64,000 bases of DNA. Origin: Chiloscyllium plagiosum. Taxonomy: Eukaryota. The notes under the pieces are model-generated. The model saw only the letters and a program-made list of their open reading frames with translations, ran no database searches and was not told the origin of the DNA. Every line of letters starts with the position of its first letter. The stretch's first letter is position 1. The stretch is taken from NCBI RefSeq assembly GCF_004010195.1, contig NC_057758.1, forward strand, positions 2,392,205 to 2,456,204, written 5' to 3'. The position numbers were made by a program, and so were the translations under genes. Shown here in pieces: positions 23,998 through 37,345 of the stretch.

Positions 23998-25559
23998 TTC
24001 AGAGCCTACACCCTCTGGCCCTAGTCTCTCTCTAGAAAGGAAACCTCCATTTAGCATTTAACTTGTAAGGTAAATGTTAAGAATCCTGCCTGTTTCAATG
24101 AGATTACCTCTTGTTCTTCTAATCTTCAATGAGTACCAAACTGTTTGCCGTTTGCTTATTTAACAACTTATCCTTGCCAGGAGTTATCACAATGAATCTT
24201 GAAATTCCCTCGAAATGGAAGTCTCCACCAAATGGATGTTGCATTTCGCACAGGTTCAGCTTCCAAAAACATACCAGAGACGACATTCGGTCCACACACG
24301 CACAGTCCTGAAAAAAATCGAATCTCCAAATTCATTCCCCATCCTTGAGCGATGAACTCCACTATTGTAATGCACACCTGAAAGGCTACAATCTCTAATC
24401 AGTAACTTGAGAGACATTAGAAGCAGAAACATATATAATAGGAGCCGGAGTAGGCCATTCCTCCCCTCGATCCTGGTGTAATATTTAATTCAATGAAGAC
24501 TGATGATGTAACTCAATCACTGGTCCTGCTTTCTCACCATAACTTTAAGTTCTGAGTTCTACCTATGGAAAACTTTCAATGTTTTCATATCAATATCGTT
24601 TTCTTGTGAAGACTATCATAATCTCACTGAAATAACTTCAAGAGGCCGATTTCTCTTTCCGAAGCCACCCTTTGGTTACACGTGGAAAATCATTGACAAT
24701 TGTCTATCTCCCTCAGAGACAGCTCCCAGAACAACGTACCTTTCATGTTGACAATCTGCAATAAAACAGATCATGCAGGCAAAGTTCGGCAGGCTCCCTG
24801 ACAACATCTCTTATCAGGAAAAATATATTCTATGAGGTCCACCCGATTGAAATCACCACACTGACTACTGTCTGAGTGAAGCCATTTCTCTATATCTCAG
24901 TCGGGAATGCAATCTAAATCCTTAGTCTCAATTCGTGCTTCTGGACTAGCCGGTTATTTGGAACTCCGTACTGTAATTATCTTGTTGATTTCAGTTAAAG
25001 TTTTAAGTATTTGCATTCTATATCCCCTACCTCTCATTTTCCTAAACTCCAAAGAAATTGGTTAAGCTGTTCCTTTCATGTCCAGTCTGCTGCATATGTT
25101 CCCATTTAAATCATCTGTTTGCAGTGAACGGAATGAGGAATTGGCTGAAATGGATCAGGAGAGACAAGCATTCCTGTCACTGGTTTGAAATAATTGAACC
25201 CCCTACTGCCTGCATAATGGTAGAGAAGTTCAGAGGCCATCCAACACTGAAACCAGAACAAAGTGTCTTTCATGCTGACAATCTGAAACAAAACAGATCA
25301 TGCAGGCAAAGTTCGGCAGGTCTTGCAGTATCTGAAAAACAGGGACCACAGAGTCACGGAGACATGTTGTTTACTGCACGACAAAACCGATAATGCACGG
25401 TGGATTTTTCCCTTTTTTGACAAAACAGAAAATGGTTTTGTGGAGATTGTGGAACGTTAATCAGCAACTGAATCAAAAAGTTCACTTTGTACCTCTTTCA
25501 TTTATCTCTCTCGCCTTCCAGCACATTCTTATTTATTTCCCTTCAACTGCATTTCTTAT

Positions 25560-26260
25560 CAATTTTAGAAAGGTGGACAGAAAAATAGAACATTGCTTAA
25601 ATGTGGAAAATTTGCAGAAAGCTGCAACATGAAAGGACATGTAGAGATTGCATCTGAAACATAGAAAACTCGCGCAGAGGGGCAGCAGATATTCTGGACG
25701 TTTATTGAAATGTTGGTACGTATTTGAAGGTACCCGGGTTATAAGGTCAGGGAAGTGTTTCAGTAAGTGAGCATGATTTGGTGAGACCACATCTGAAATG
25801 CTGTGAACAGTACTGGTGACCTTAATTCAGGAAACATAATGTTTCGTTGGAAGCATTTCAGAGAAATTTCATTGGAACAATCCTTGGTTCGAAGCAATTG
25901 TCTTATGGCCAAGGATAAACAGATGTATGCAATGGAGTTTCGAAAAATGAGAGGTGCCGCTCTTTGAAATATACAGAATTCTTCATGAGTTTGACTGGGT
26001 ACATGCTGAAAGGATGTTTCAACTTAATTTCAGAATTAAGTGGCATCCATTTAAGATTTAGCTGAGGAGAACGTTCTTTTGATTCTCTGGAACGCATTGC
26101 GACAGAGAGCTGTGTATCTATCAGGCTGATATAGATTCTTGACAGAATGGGAAATCAAGGTTTCACGGTACAGGGCAGAAAGTTGGGCGTGAGGATTATT
26201 GGATCATTCATGATAGTAATGATTTGTAACGCAGGCTCGAATGGTCTATTCATAGTCCTT
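25560..26260 (+). mobile_element. Old CR1 3' fragment in the GPCR intron
   Basis: Degenerate LVRPHLKCC and LEAFQRNF motifs with a CR1-like 3' region. Confidence 0.55.
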
Positions 26261-26379
26261 ATGGTACACAAGCAGTTCAAAATTTGCTGGATCTTGAAAC
26301 ATCTGGGAGAATTGCTACAAAGTGGTAACTCTGTTTTTAACTGAAATATATCTTTCCGCTTTTCTTTCCGTCTTCGCAG

Positions 26380-27281
26380 CTAATATTGTGACAATCGTAG
26401 CCCTGTCAAAAGGAAGATGCGGTCTCTCCAAATGTGTCACACGCTACCTTACGGCCATGTCCTCTGCAGATTTACTGATCATCATCATTGATCTAATATT
26501 GAGGCACATACCCATTGTGTATAGAGATGTCTTTTTTTACATTCTGTATAATCTCCGTATCTGTAATATACATTCAGCATTTATATATGCTGTCACAGAC
26601 TGTTCTGTCTGGTTCACTGTCACTTTCACCTTTGACAGATTTGTCGCTATTTGTTGCCAGAAGCTGAAAAGTAAATATTGCATTGAAAATGTGGCGTATA
26701 TTGTTCTTGGAACTGTGACTGTGCTCAGCTGTTCAAAAAATATTTTCTGGTATTTCAGATTAGCAAACAATTATTGGTTCAGGAATTTTCCTTGGCCTTG
26801 CTTTATGCATTACAATGTGGTACATTCCAAAGTTTGGGCATCAATTGAATTCGCTCACTACATTCTAAATCCTGGCATGCCATTTCTTCTGATTCTGCTG
26901 TTCAATGCCTTAACCATCAGATACATCATCGTGACCAGCAAAGCTCGCAAGAGACTCTGGACTTCCAGCAATACAGAAAGCTCAAGAGACACAGAGATGG
27001 AGAATCGAAGGAAATCGATCATTCTCTTGTTCGTTATCTCCGGGAATTTTATTTTGTTATGGAGCGTGTTTATGGTGTATTCTATATGGAACGCGATGTA
27101 TCTCATTGGGTATGAATCTGTATATTTATATGATTATCTACTCGAATTGGGTTTCATGCTCCAGCTTTTGAGTTGCTGTACAAACACTTTTATTTATGCT
27201 GTGACCCAGACTAAATTCAGAGAGCAATTGAAGAATGTTTTGAAACAGCCTTTTACTTCAGTGGCTAAATTAATAAAATGA
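26380..27281 (+). CDS. GPR139-like: GPR139/GPR142-like class A GPCR, gene 1, coding exon 2 (rest of TM1 to TM7 and C-terminus)
   Basis: Acceptor ttttctttccgtcttcgcAG|CT and an open frame to TGA at 27279-27281. Motifs: TM2 YLTAMSSADLL, TM3 SVWFTVTFTFDRFVAIC, TM5 PFLLILLFNALTIRYI, TM6 KSIILLFVISGNFILLW, TM7 SCCTNTFIY and helix 8 KFREQL. The spliced CDS is 1074 nt, or 357 aa. Confidence 0.95.
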
Positions 27282-27839
27282 TTAAAATAGTAGTCTGTGG
27301 TACAAGTACATCAGATAATGTATTCTCTGCAACTGACTCTGAGTGATTTGAATCAGTCGACAAACTAAAATGCTGTCTTGTAGGTGCATGACGTATACAA
27401 AACATCACCACTCAGATCTCTTCTTGGGTAAACGATCGAAGAACATTGACGAAAAATCTGCATTCTTCACGCCATAATACATGTGATCTCCTTCAGGTCA
27501 GTGCTTAGGACACCTTGCAGTCAATTCGTGCCAACAAGCAGTGAGTGTTAACTCATTGGTAACGGTGCTGAAAACACTGGACAAACTAGATACCAGCGTG
27601 AAGCAGTCTTCAGGGATTATTGTTGTTCATTGCGCAGTTGGTGTTGGGCTGCTGAAGGTATCCAAAAGAGGACGCTAATCTCCTTTTAGTTAAGAACAAA
27701 CATTAATAACATAAAAGGAAAAATGCAAAAGGCTAATGAAGCTATGAATATACTTAGACGTCAGTCTCAAAAAGATTTTCACAAAAACGTTGAAAGTATA
27801 CTTTACTGCATTTTGCAGTAAACTCCTTCTCCGAACTCC

Positions 27840-29625
27840 TACGTGAGGAATAACTGTATGATGAGGGAGAAGGTAGTGACAATCTAGGTCAGCATAGCGA
27901 ACTTGTGCGTGGAGACTTAGCAGATAGGGGATCCCTTAAATGAGTTTTTGCTTCGGTTTTCACTAAGGAAAGTGACCTTCTGGTGAATGGGAATTTGAGG
28001 ATCTGTGATACAGGCCTGAATAGATAAAGATCAATGAAGTTGATGTGCTGGAAATTTTGGCATACATTAAGATTGACAAGTCCCCAGACACAGACCAGAA
28101 TTATCCCAGTTTGCTCGGGGAAGCGAGAAAGGAGGTTGCTAAGCCGCTGGCAAACACCATTGCTTCCTCAGTTTTTTATGGGAGTCGTTCCGGAGGATTG
28201 CAAGGAGGTGAATATTGTTCCTCTTTTCAAGACGGGTAATAAGGAAATCCCTGGTAATTACAGACCAGCCAGTCTTACCTCTGTGCTCAGCAAGGATTCG
28301 GGAAGAATTCTGAGGAATAAGATTTATGAGTATTTGGAAAATCATAGCATGATTAAAGACAGTCAGCATTGCTTTGTGAGGGGCAGGTCATGCCTTACTA
28401 ATCTTATTGAGTTCTTTGAGGATGTGACAAGACAGGTCGATGATGGTAGAGCAATGGATGTGGTGTATCTGGACGTCAGCAAGGCATTTGATGAAATTCC
28501 ACAAGGAAGGCTCATTCATAAAGTCAGGAGGTATGTGATACAGGGAATTTTGGCTTTCAGTATTCAGAATTGGTTGGGTTACAGAAAGCAGAGAGAGACG
28601 TTGTAGATGGAAAGTATTCTACCTGCCAGTCAGTGCTGAGTGGTGTTTCGCTGGGCTCTGTTCTTGGGCCTGTGCTCTTTGTAGTTTTCAAAAATGACTT
28701 GGATGAGGAGGTTGAGGGCGTGTTTACTAAATTTTCAGATGACACAAAGGTTGGAGGTGCCGTTGATAGTATCAAGGGCTATTGCAGGCTGCAGCGGGAC
28801 ATAGACAGGATGCAGAGCTGGGCTGGGAGATGGCAGATGGAGTGAAACCTGGATAAATGTGAAGTGATGCATTTTGGAAGTTTGGACCCGAATGCTGAAT
28901 ATAGGATTAAAGACAGGATTCTTGGCAGTGTGGAGGAACAGAGGGATCTTGATGTACAAGTACATCGATCCTTCAAAGTTGCCATCAAAGCGGATAGGGT
29001 GGTTAAGAAAGCATATGGTGTTTTGGCTTTCATTAACAGGGGATTAGAGTTTAAGAGCCGCGAGGTTTTGCTACAGCCCCACAAGTCCCTGGTGAGACCA
29101 CACTTGGAATATTGTGTCCAGTTCTGTTCGCCCTACCGTAGGAAAAGCACTGAGGCTTTAGAGAGGATGCAACGGAGGTTTACCAGGATGCTGCCTGGAT
29201 TGGAGGACTTGCCTTATGAAGAGAGGTTGACTTAGCTCTGACTTTTCTTTCTGGAGAGCAGAAGGAAGAGAGGTGACCTGATCGAGGTATACAAGGTAAT
29301 GAGAGGCATGGATAGAGTCAACAGCCATAAACTTTTTCCAGGGCAGGATTGACTAGCACGACAGGTCATAGGTTAAAGATATTAAGTAAAAGGTATAGAG
29401 TGGACGTCAGAGGTAGGCTCTTTCTGCAGAGAATTGTGCATGCATGGAATGCTTTGCCAGCAGTGGTGTTGGAAGCAGCGTAATTCGGGACATTTGAGCG
29501 ACGGCTGGACATGTACACGGACAGCAGTGAATTGAGGCGTGCGTAGATGAGTTTTTTTTATTTTATATTAGGATTACTCCTCAGCGCAACATCATGGGCC
29601 GAATGGCTGTACCTTTCTATGTTCT
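27840..29625 (+). mobile_element. CR1 LINE (RT to 3' end), frameshifted
   Basis: IDKSPDTD, PGNYRPASLTS, GRSCLTNLIEFF, YLDVSKAFD, GSVLGPVLF, KFSDDTK and LVRPHLEYCVQF motifs. The tail is TTCTATGTTCTA. Confidence 0.93.
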
Positions 29626-31171
29626 AAAACGCAGATAGGTACTAATGCTGCTGTGAATCTTCTATTTTGGAATTGGCAATCTCTTTCTTTCTTACCACCT
29701 TGAGTAGTAGACCAATTGAAATAAATGATCATAGTTCTCAGCCCCTGAAGCTATTATATAGTCTGAATCCCTCACCACATCAAATCCCTACAACAAATGG
29801 CCCATCGATTCTGCACGATTCTGCTCTGAAGAACATCCCTCTTATATTCTTATCCAAATGTCTGAGATTTCACGTATCTCTCTGCACATAGTTTCATTGC
29901 TTCGTCTGATAGCTTGGTCGCCAAATTCACTTCTCTTCGAAAAAAAGTACACAAGAACATGCACATTAGGAATATATAGCGAGCAATTTAATGCTCTCAT
30001 TTATATTTCCCTCTCACCAGAATGCAGTCTAAACTCAATTGCTGTTCCGACCCACTATTAATTACTACGTGTCTTCTGCTACTACCTGACACCCTGAATC
30101 ACTTACTCTCATCTGATTTTGCAATTCAACTCTTAACCATCCTATTTAATCCCTCGAGAGATTCAAAGTTCTACCAAACGTATTCTTATAGTAACTTGAA
30201 ACCAGAATCAAACATGTCTGTTGAAGGTATATTTTATTTTACCTTTCTCTGAAGTAACCTTTTTTAAGAAAAAAATACAACCTACTCTATATGTTTGATA
30301 CATCTGAAGTCAAACATGCCTAAATTGAATGTTTAATTTCTTTTCGACAAGTGAAGAGGCAATGGCTTTGTGGTGTTATTGCTGGACATTTAAACCAGAG
30401 ACAAAGGTAATGTTCTGGTAACCCGGGTTATAATCCTTCTATGGCAGATGGTGGAATTTGAATTCAATAAATAATTGGAATTCAATAAATAATTGGAGCA
30501 ACAATATATTTTCCATTTTTTTGGGAAACCCATCTGGATCATTAATGTCCTTCAGAGAAGGAAACTGCTAGCATACATATGACACCAGATCAACAGCAAT
30601 GTAATTATCTCTTAACTGTCCGCTGGAATGGGCAACGAATGCTGGTTGTCCAGTGATGCGCTGTTAATAGTTTAAAAACATTCCATCCACGCATTAAAAC
30701 CACTGAGAGAGTTCATGCATTTTTTTAACTTTTCAGAATCATTTAAGTTTTAAGTAACTATTCCTCTTTAGAGTTCCAGGCGATGCGAATATTAATATAC
30801 TTTCTAATCATGATATCCTTGATAATGCGACGGCCTATTGGGTGTTACACGCCAAATACTTAATATGTTTGATTTTTTTCATTGTGGTCTTCCATACCGA
30901 GATGCAATAGCAAGAGTGACCTGATGAACGAACAGTGCTTGCACCTTATTGTGTTCCGATATTTGTAGTCTGCAGTCAAATTCAAAAATTCGAATCTGTT
31001 GGCCTTTGTCTTCTGTATCTTCAGTTATAGAAAAAAACAGTATACATCCATTCCGCTTCAAGCAGAATGGATGAATTAATGATAGCTTTCTGCTCTTGCA
31101 AACTTGTGGGTCCAAGTCCCTTGGAAGAAGTTTCGTCAACAGCCCCTTTTTCTCTCACACAAAAATAACAA

Positions 31172-32123
31172 TGATTTGGAGATGCTGGTGTTGGACTGGG
31201 GTTTACCAAGTTAAAAATTACACACCACCTGGTTACAGTCCAGCAGATTTACTTGGAAGCACTGCCTTTCGGAGCGCTGCACTTTCATCAGGTGATTGTG
31301 GAATAAAAGACTGTAAGACACGTAATTTATAGCAAAAGTTTACAGCGTGATAAAATTATATCTTGAAGACTCGGATTGTTTGTTAAGTCTCTCATCTTTT
31401 AGGATGACTGTGTTGGTTTCAGTTCTTTCATATGTAAATCGCAAAACCTATTTTAAAAGTTACATTCTCAATGCACTTTAACAATTGGTGTCATGTCGGC
31501 CCATATAAGCACTGAAGGTGTTATCTCCCTGTGAGGCTATCTGTGCCACAATGGTCAAACTGACTCTAATCTAAAAAAAAACGGATTTACAGAATCTTAC
31601 ACGGATTCATGCAGTTATTGAGCAAAGTAAAATATAAGTCTGCAAGTTCAAATTCATCCCACAAACTTATATGTGTTTGTGTGTATGTGTTTGTGTGCAT
31701 CTGTGTGCGTGTGTGTGTGTTTGTGTGTGCAATTGGGGGCGTTATGAGTGTCTGTGAGAAGGTGTGTATATGTGTGTGAGTGTGAGTGCAAAAGGGTTTC
31801 GGTCTGTGAGAGACTGTAGTGTATGCGTGAGTATATGAGAGAGGGTCTGAGAATGGGTATCTGTGTGTGTGTGAGTGAGTCTGTCTGCCTGTATGTATTC
31901 GTCTGGTCTCTGTGTGTGTAGTGGAATGCGGTCACCTGTAGTGTGACATGAACCCAAGGTCCAGGTTGAGGCCATCCCCATGAGTACCGAACGTTTTAAC
32001 AAAGAGTGGCCAAGCAGAGGCTGATAGCCAAGTTCGATATCCACGGTGATAGCCTCAAACGGGACCTTGGGTTCATGTCACACTACAGGTGACCCCATTG
32101 CACTATATACACACACAGATACT

Positions 32124-32154
<31 letters not shown>

Positions 32155-32733
32155 GCACACACACACCTCACAGACTAAAATCCCTTTACACTCACACACA
32201 CCCTCTCACAGACACTCATAACACCCCACCCCACCCCACACACACAGTCACCCACACCCATATGCACAGATACACATATGAGATTGTGAGGTGAATTGGT
32301 ACATTTCACTTCGCTCAAAAACTGCATGAATCCATGTCAGATTCTGTAAATCCGTATTTTAGATTAGAATCAGTCTGAGCATTGTGGTACAGACAGACTC
32401 TAAGGGAGTTAACACCATCAATGCCTTTACTGGGCCGAGATGACACCAATTGTTAAAGAGCACTTCAGGGTGTAACTTCTATAAAAAGGTTTTGCGACTA
32501 CATATGAAAGAACTGAAACCAACATGGTTATTCTAAAAGATGAGAGACTTCTCAAGTAATTGGTGTATTTTTCAACATATAATTTCAGTTTTATCACACT
32601 GTAAACATTTGCTATATACTGTATCTTACAATCTTATTTTCGACAATCAACTGATGAAGGAACAGCACTCAGGACGTTAGTGCTTCCAAATCAACCTGTT
32701 GGACTATAACCTGGTGTTGTGTGACTTTAAACT
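31172..32733. mobile_element. Large imperfect palindrome from a second PLE family
   Basis: About 31209-31990 is the diverged reverse complement of about 32035-32733. The (TG)n tract mirrors the (CA)n tract. Decayed hammerhead cores lie at about 31260-31294 (-) and 32650-32683 (+). Confidence 0.8.
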
Positions 32734-33701
32734 AAAATAATAGCATCTACTGCTCGCAGAGCGTGATTTGTGTATGGAATGAACTTCCAGAGGATGTGGT
32801 GGAGGCTGGTGCAATTACAACTTTGAAAATGTATCGAGATGGTTCAATGAAAAGGAAGTATTTCGAGGGAAAGGGGCCAAATGCTAGCAAACCAGACTAG
32901 ATTTATTGCGGCTATCGTTTTTGGTGTGGTCGGGTGGAGTTAATCTGGGTGGACAGGAATCAATCTTTCTCTTGATGGAGCGATCAGTTTCCAGAAGGGC
33001 ATTATAGAAGTAAAGAAAATCAAATAACTTAGGTGAGTGATGGAGAATGTGCCAATAAATAATTGTTGGTGTCTGGAACCCACTCCTTAAATGGCTGACA
33101 GAATTCTGAGGCCTGAAGGTATTTCAGAATTATTGGGTTGATAATTTTAAATGCCACGGGTGACAAACTACAGACTGTAGCAGCCAATGAAGCAATAGGG
33201 TATGGTCGCGGCAAGAAGTGAAAAACTCCCGTTAACCTAGAGCAACAGAGAAGGACAGTGGGGCAAGGTGGTATAGAAGCAAGCCCTTTCCCTCCAGCTG
33301 ACAAACAGATAGACTCCCCAAAGACACCGTAACAGAACAAAACCAACATTGTTGACTAGGATGGGTGAAGGAAGTGTACGAGATTTGCATTATAAAGCAA
33401 ATATTCAGATCCAGTTGCAAGCAAATCCAACAGCCCCATGATAAGAATTCAGACTTGATTGAAAGATGGGAGGCGGGCAAAAACAGCGTGGCTGAATTCG
33501 ACAGCATACATTTTGAAAATATAAACAAATTAACCAAAGAAGGCAAAGGGGTTCAGTTGGACTGGGGAGAACTTAAATAAAACGGATGTACAGGTAGGTT
33601 AGAGAAATAAAGCGGAAGACACAGCCACCCAGGTTGTACGATTGCGACTGAGACCATCCTCTGCACTTCAAAATGCTGAAGATAGGGTACAGCAGGTAAT
33701 A

Positions 33702-34001
33702 ATCTTCGAGGAGAAAGTGAGGTCTGCAGACGCTGGAGATCAAAGTTGAAACTTTATTGCTGGAACAGCACAGCAGGTCAGGCAGCATCTAGGGAACAGA
33801 AGATTCGACGTTTCGGGCACATGCCCTTCTTCAGGAATGAGGGCATGTGCCCGAAACGTGTCCCTCCTCCCTATCTTTTATCTTCTCCTGCTGAACACTC
33901 TCTGCTCATTCCTGAAGAAGGGCATGTGCCCGAAACGTCGAATCTTCTGTTCCCTAGATGCTGCCTGACCTGCTGTGCTGTTCCAGCAATAAAGTTTCAA
34001 C
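33702..34001. mobile_element. Short PLE-derived hairpin element with TSD-like flanks
   Basis: Perfect 97-bp inverted repeat 33745-33841 / 33905-34001. A 13-bp direct repeat ACAGCAGGTAATA lies at 33689-33701 and 34000-34012. Confidence 0.85.
33908..33943 (+). ncRNA. Minimal type I hammerhead ribozyme motif (antisense twin at 33803-33838)
   Basis: ATTC-CTGAAGA-A-GGGC(ATGT)GCCC-GAAA-CG-TC-GAAT, with predicted cleavage after C33939. Confidence 0.7.
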
Positions 34002-37000
34002 AGCAGGTAATATCAAATTTTCCTCGATTGGGACAGAACCCACCCCTCAGTGAAGGACACTGTCATCATCGTTTCCCCAGGGATGTGACGGAGATGGATA
34101 GCAAAGTCAAGAAAGGGAAAAATTGGAAATTACAGAATGGAACACAACGAGCGACAAAATGTTAATTGGGTTGAGAAATGAGTCACCAGTGTAGGAAGTG
34201 TGGTGGTGGAGCCACAGAGACATCTAGCCGCACCTCACCGTTTTCCAAAAAAATGACATTGAGGTGAAAGCATTGACTTTCCGAAATGGGGAATACCGGT
34301 CCCGAAAATGGAAGTATGATGGGATCTCACGATGTTTGTTGAAATGTTGTCAAGGTGCTGGGTAATGCAAGATATTTATACCAACTGGGGCTTCAGTAAT
34401 TCTTTTATTCATTCTCAAGGACCTGAATATCGCTGCTCAGTACAGCCTTTATTGCCTAACCTTAATTGCCCCAGTGATCAGTTAAAAGTTAACACTATTG
34501 CTCTCGGTATGGAGTCACCTTTAGATCCGACTAGGCAACGAGTTAAGAACTGATGGATAGGTCGCATAAAAACCGATAAAACTCTAACAAGGCTAGACAG
34601 GATGAACACTGGATTGACATTATTGAGCGAGATGGGGTTTTGAAATACTTAATAATGGATTCGTGCTCAGCATTGCACTCTTCATACCAGATGTTATTCA
34701 CTTCAAAACTCATTAGGGGAGCATTCGAACCCGAGTCCTAGTGCTTCTCCTGAATCTCTGGATTAATAGTCCAGTGATGACAGCGTTCGGTCATGGCCTT
34801 GCCCTAAACCAGCATCACTCACCCAACGTTGGCCATTTCCTTGACTCAACGCTATTATATCTAAAAGGTGGCTGAGAGCAGAAGGAAAAGCATTATCCGA
34901 GTAAGACGACCTTGACAGAAAGAGAGAGAGAGAGAGAAATGGGCACTCAACAGTGAGAGAAAGACCCCATCATTCTCTGCGGGACTGTAAGCATTTCACC
35001 CAAGAGGGAAACATAGCCAACCTTCTGTAGATGGATTGGGCGGAGAAGGAAATTGATTTGCCAAGTTGTGCCCAGCGTATGGATACAGGTCAACAAGATG
35101 GTGGGTTGTTAAATACTGGTCACTTATCTATTACACTATTTGTTCACAACGATGCAGAGACGGGATCTAATGAAGACTGTGCCCCAGGTAACAAGCGTCA
35201 TTATCATCCAACAGATGTTGAGAAAGAAGGGTGGTGTCCCAAACTACAACCCATTGAACACCAACTCCCTGATGACATCGGTGAAGGCACTCAAACGGTC
35301 GTGCTCCACGACCTGCAATGAATTTCATCCAGAAAGAAGTTCACTCCGCCACCTGTCATTTTAGCTCGTCCTGCCAGATCGATGGGGGAGTCTCATAGAA
35401 ACCGATAAAACTCCAACAAGGCTCGACAGGGTGAACACTGGATTAACATTCCCAGTGACCGTGGAGTATAGAACCAGGAGTGATTTTCTTAGAGTCGTGC
35501 ACTTAGGCCACTAAGGAAGCGATCAGGAGAGTTGTCTTCACCGAGAGAGTGGTGAGCCTTTGGAATTGTCTGTCATACAAAATGATTGAGTGTGAAACAT
35601 TTAATGTGATCAAGAAGGAGTTTGATGATTTTCTAATGATCAAAGGGATCAAAGGGAATGAAGAGAAAGTGGCATCATTAAGTTGTATGATCAGCCAAGA
35701 TTACATTGAAGTGCAGAGCAGGATTGAAACGCCGAATGGTCTGATTTTCTGTGCTTCTGTTATTAATGGATTGGTACCCAAAAACAAAACATTCGCAGTA
35801 CTGGATTCTAGGCTAACCACTTTGGAAAAAAAGTACGGTCCTGTCAGATATACAACAAACCACTCGCCACCATATGCTATTGTGGTGTGGAAAAGATAAT
35901 ATGCCCTGAAATCACTGGGCTTCAGTGTTAATCACAAAGATCAGTTTGATGCAGTCTTGAATGTTCTGAGATTTCAAGTGCTGATCCAAATATTCTTTAA
36001 AGTTTATGAGGATACACCCGTCAAATATCCTCGCAGACAATACATTTTCACCCCGAACCCCATTACCAATCTGGTTGAAAAGCTGTCTTATATCCCCTTT
36101 GGATCGCGCACCTTGAAACTGCACCCATTGCCTTTTTTAAAAAAAAAACTTAACCTATCTTTATAATCAACCTGTTCAGAAATGCTTCTGCACACGTCTG
36201 AAGCAGATTGGACTTGAACCTAGGTCTCTTGGCTCAATAAGGGAGACTGTGTATGCACTACAAGAGCCACAGCCCTCTTCTATCTGGCCTTCCACAAAAG
36301 GGAAAACCTGCTTTCTACTAATTGTATCCATGCCTCTCGTAAATAGATGTATTTTTGTTGTGTTCATGCTCAGACTTCCTTCCTTCAGAGAAATAACCAT
36401 ATCATCATAGCTCACACTCTGGACCAGGAAACTGCATAGGGATTCTCCTTTGCATATGTTCAAATGAAATTCTATCCTTCCGATCGTGCAGAGACCAGAG
36501 CTGCTCAGCGCACCTCCAACTGTACAGCGTAAGTTTATGGGGAAGTTAACTATTCATATTCTATCGCTGGTTAAGGTGGGAGGACTCGGGCTGACGGCAA
36601 TTCGCCTGCAATTGAACGTACATATTCAAGACCTTCTAAAATTCTGTTTCAGTGTCTACAATAGAATAGGGGCTGGCACCTGAAGGTAGCGTGGCACCGT
36701 TCTCTGGGCCTGCAGGCCAGACTGGAACTTGTGATCATTCTTGAATTCTTCACGGTTTCCTGCCAATCTATATCTTTTTTTGTTACTGTGTAACAACTCT
36801 ATTTCCTTTAATCTGCAAGATTTGTACCTAAGTTCTTAAACCTAAGGTGGTGCCATTAAAGCCAACCATTTTAAACAGTTGGTTCTGTACTCATGTACTA
36901 TAACACTAAAGGATATTGTATTGTATTCTCTTCAGTACTTGTGGTAAAATGAAAAGCTTCAGGAAACCTTACCTGGAAATTTTCATTTCAAGTAAAATGA

Positions 37001-37029
37001 TAATGTACACCTCTGGAAGAATTTTGCAG

Positions 37030-37345
37030 ACGGCACGTGGCTCAGGGCTAGCATTGCTGCCTCATAGCGGCGGGGGCCTTGATTCCATTCCTGCCTCGTA
37101 TGACTGTCTGCATGGAGATTGCACGTTTCTCTCTGTCTGCGTAGGTTTCCTCTGGGTGCTCTGGTTTCCTGTAATTGCACAAAGAAAATGATGGTTAGGT
37201 GGATAGGCCAGGCTGAATTGCTTTCAGGAATGTATAGGTTACATACATCATTCATGTCTAAATACCGGAGAATAGGGAATGGGTCTCAGTGGGTTACTCT
37301 TTGGTGGTTTGGTGTGGGCTTTTAAGGCTGAAGGGCCCGTTGCTG
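37030..37345 (+). mobile_element. Old V-SINE
   Basis: Degenerate head cggcacgtggctcagggctagc and degenerate V-domain. Confidence 0.6.

Noticed and set aside
26322..26379. ORF-track N-terminus MVTLFLTEIYLSAFLSVFA of the 319-aa ORF, suggesting a single-exon GPCR
   Set aside because: It starts at GTG and is the intron's polypyrimidine tract. The AG at 26378-26379 and the matching upstream exon give a proper TM1.
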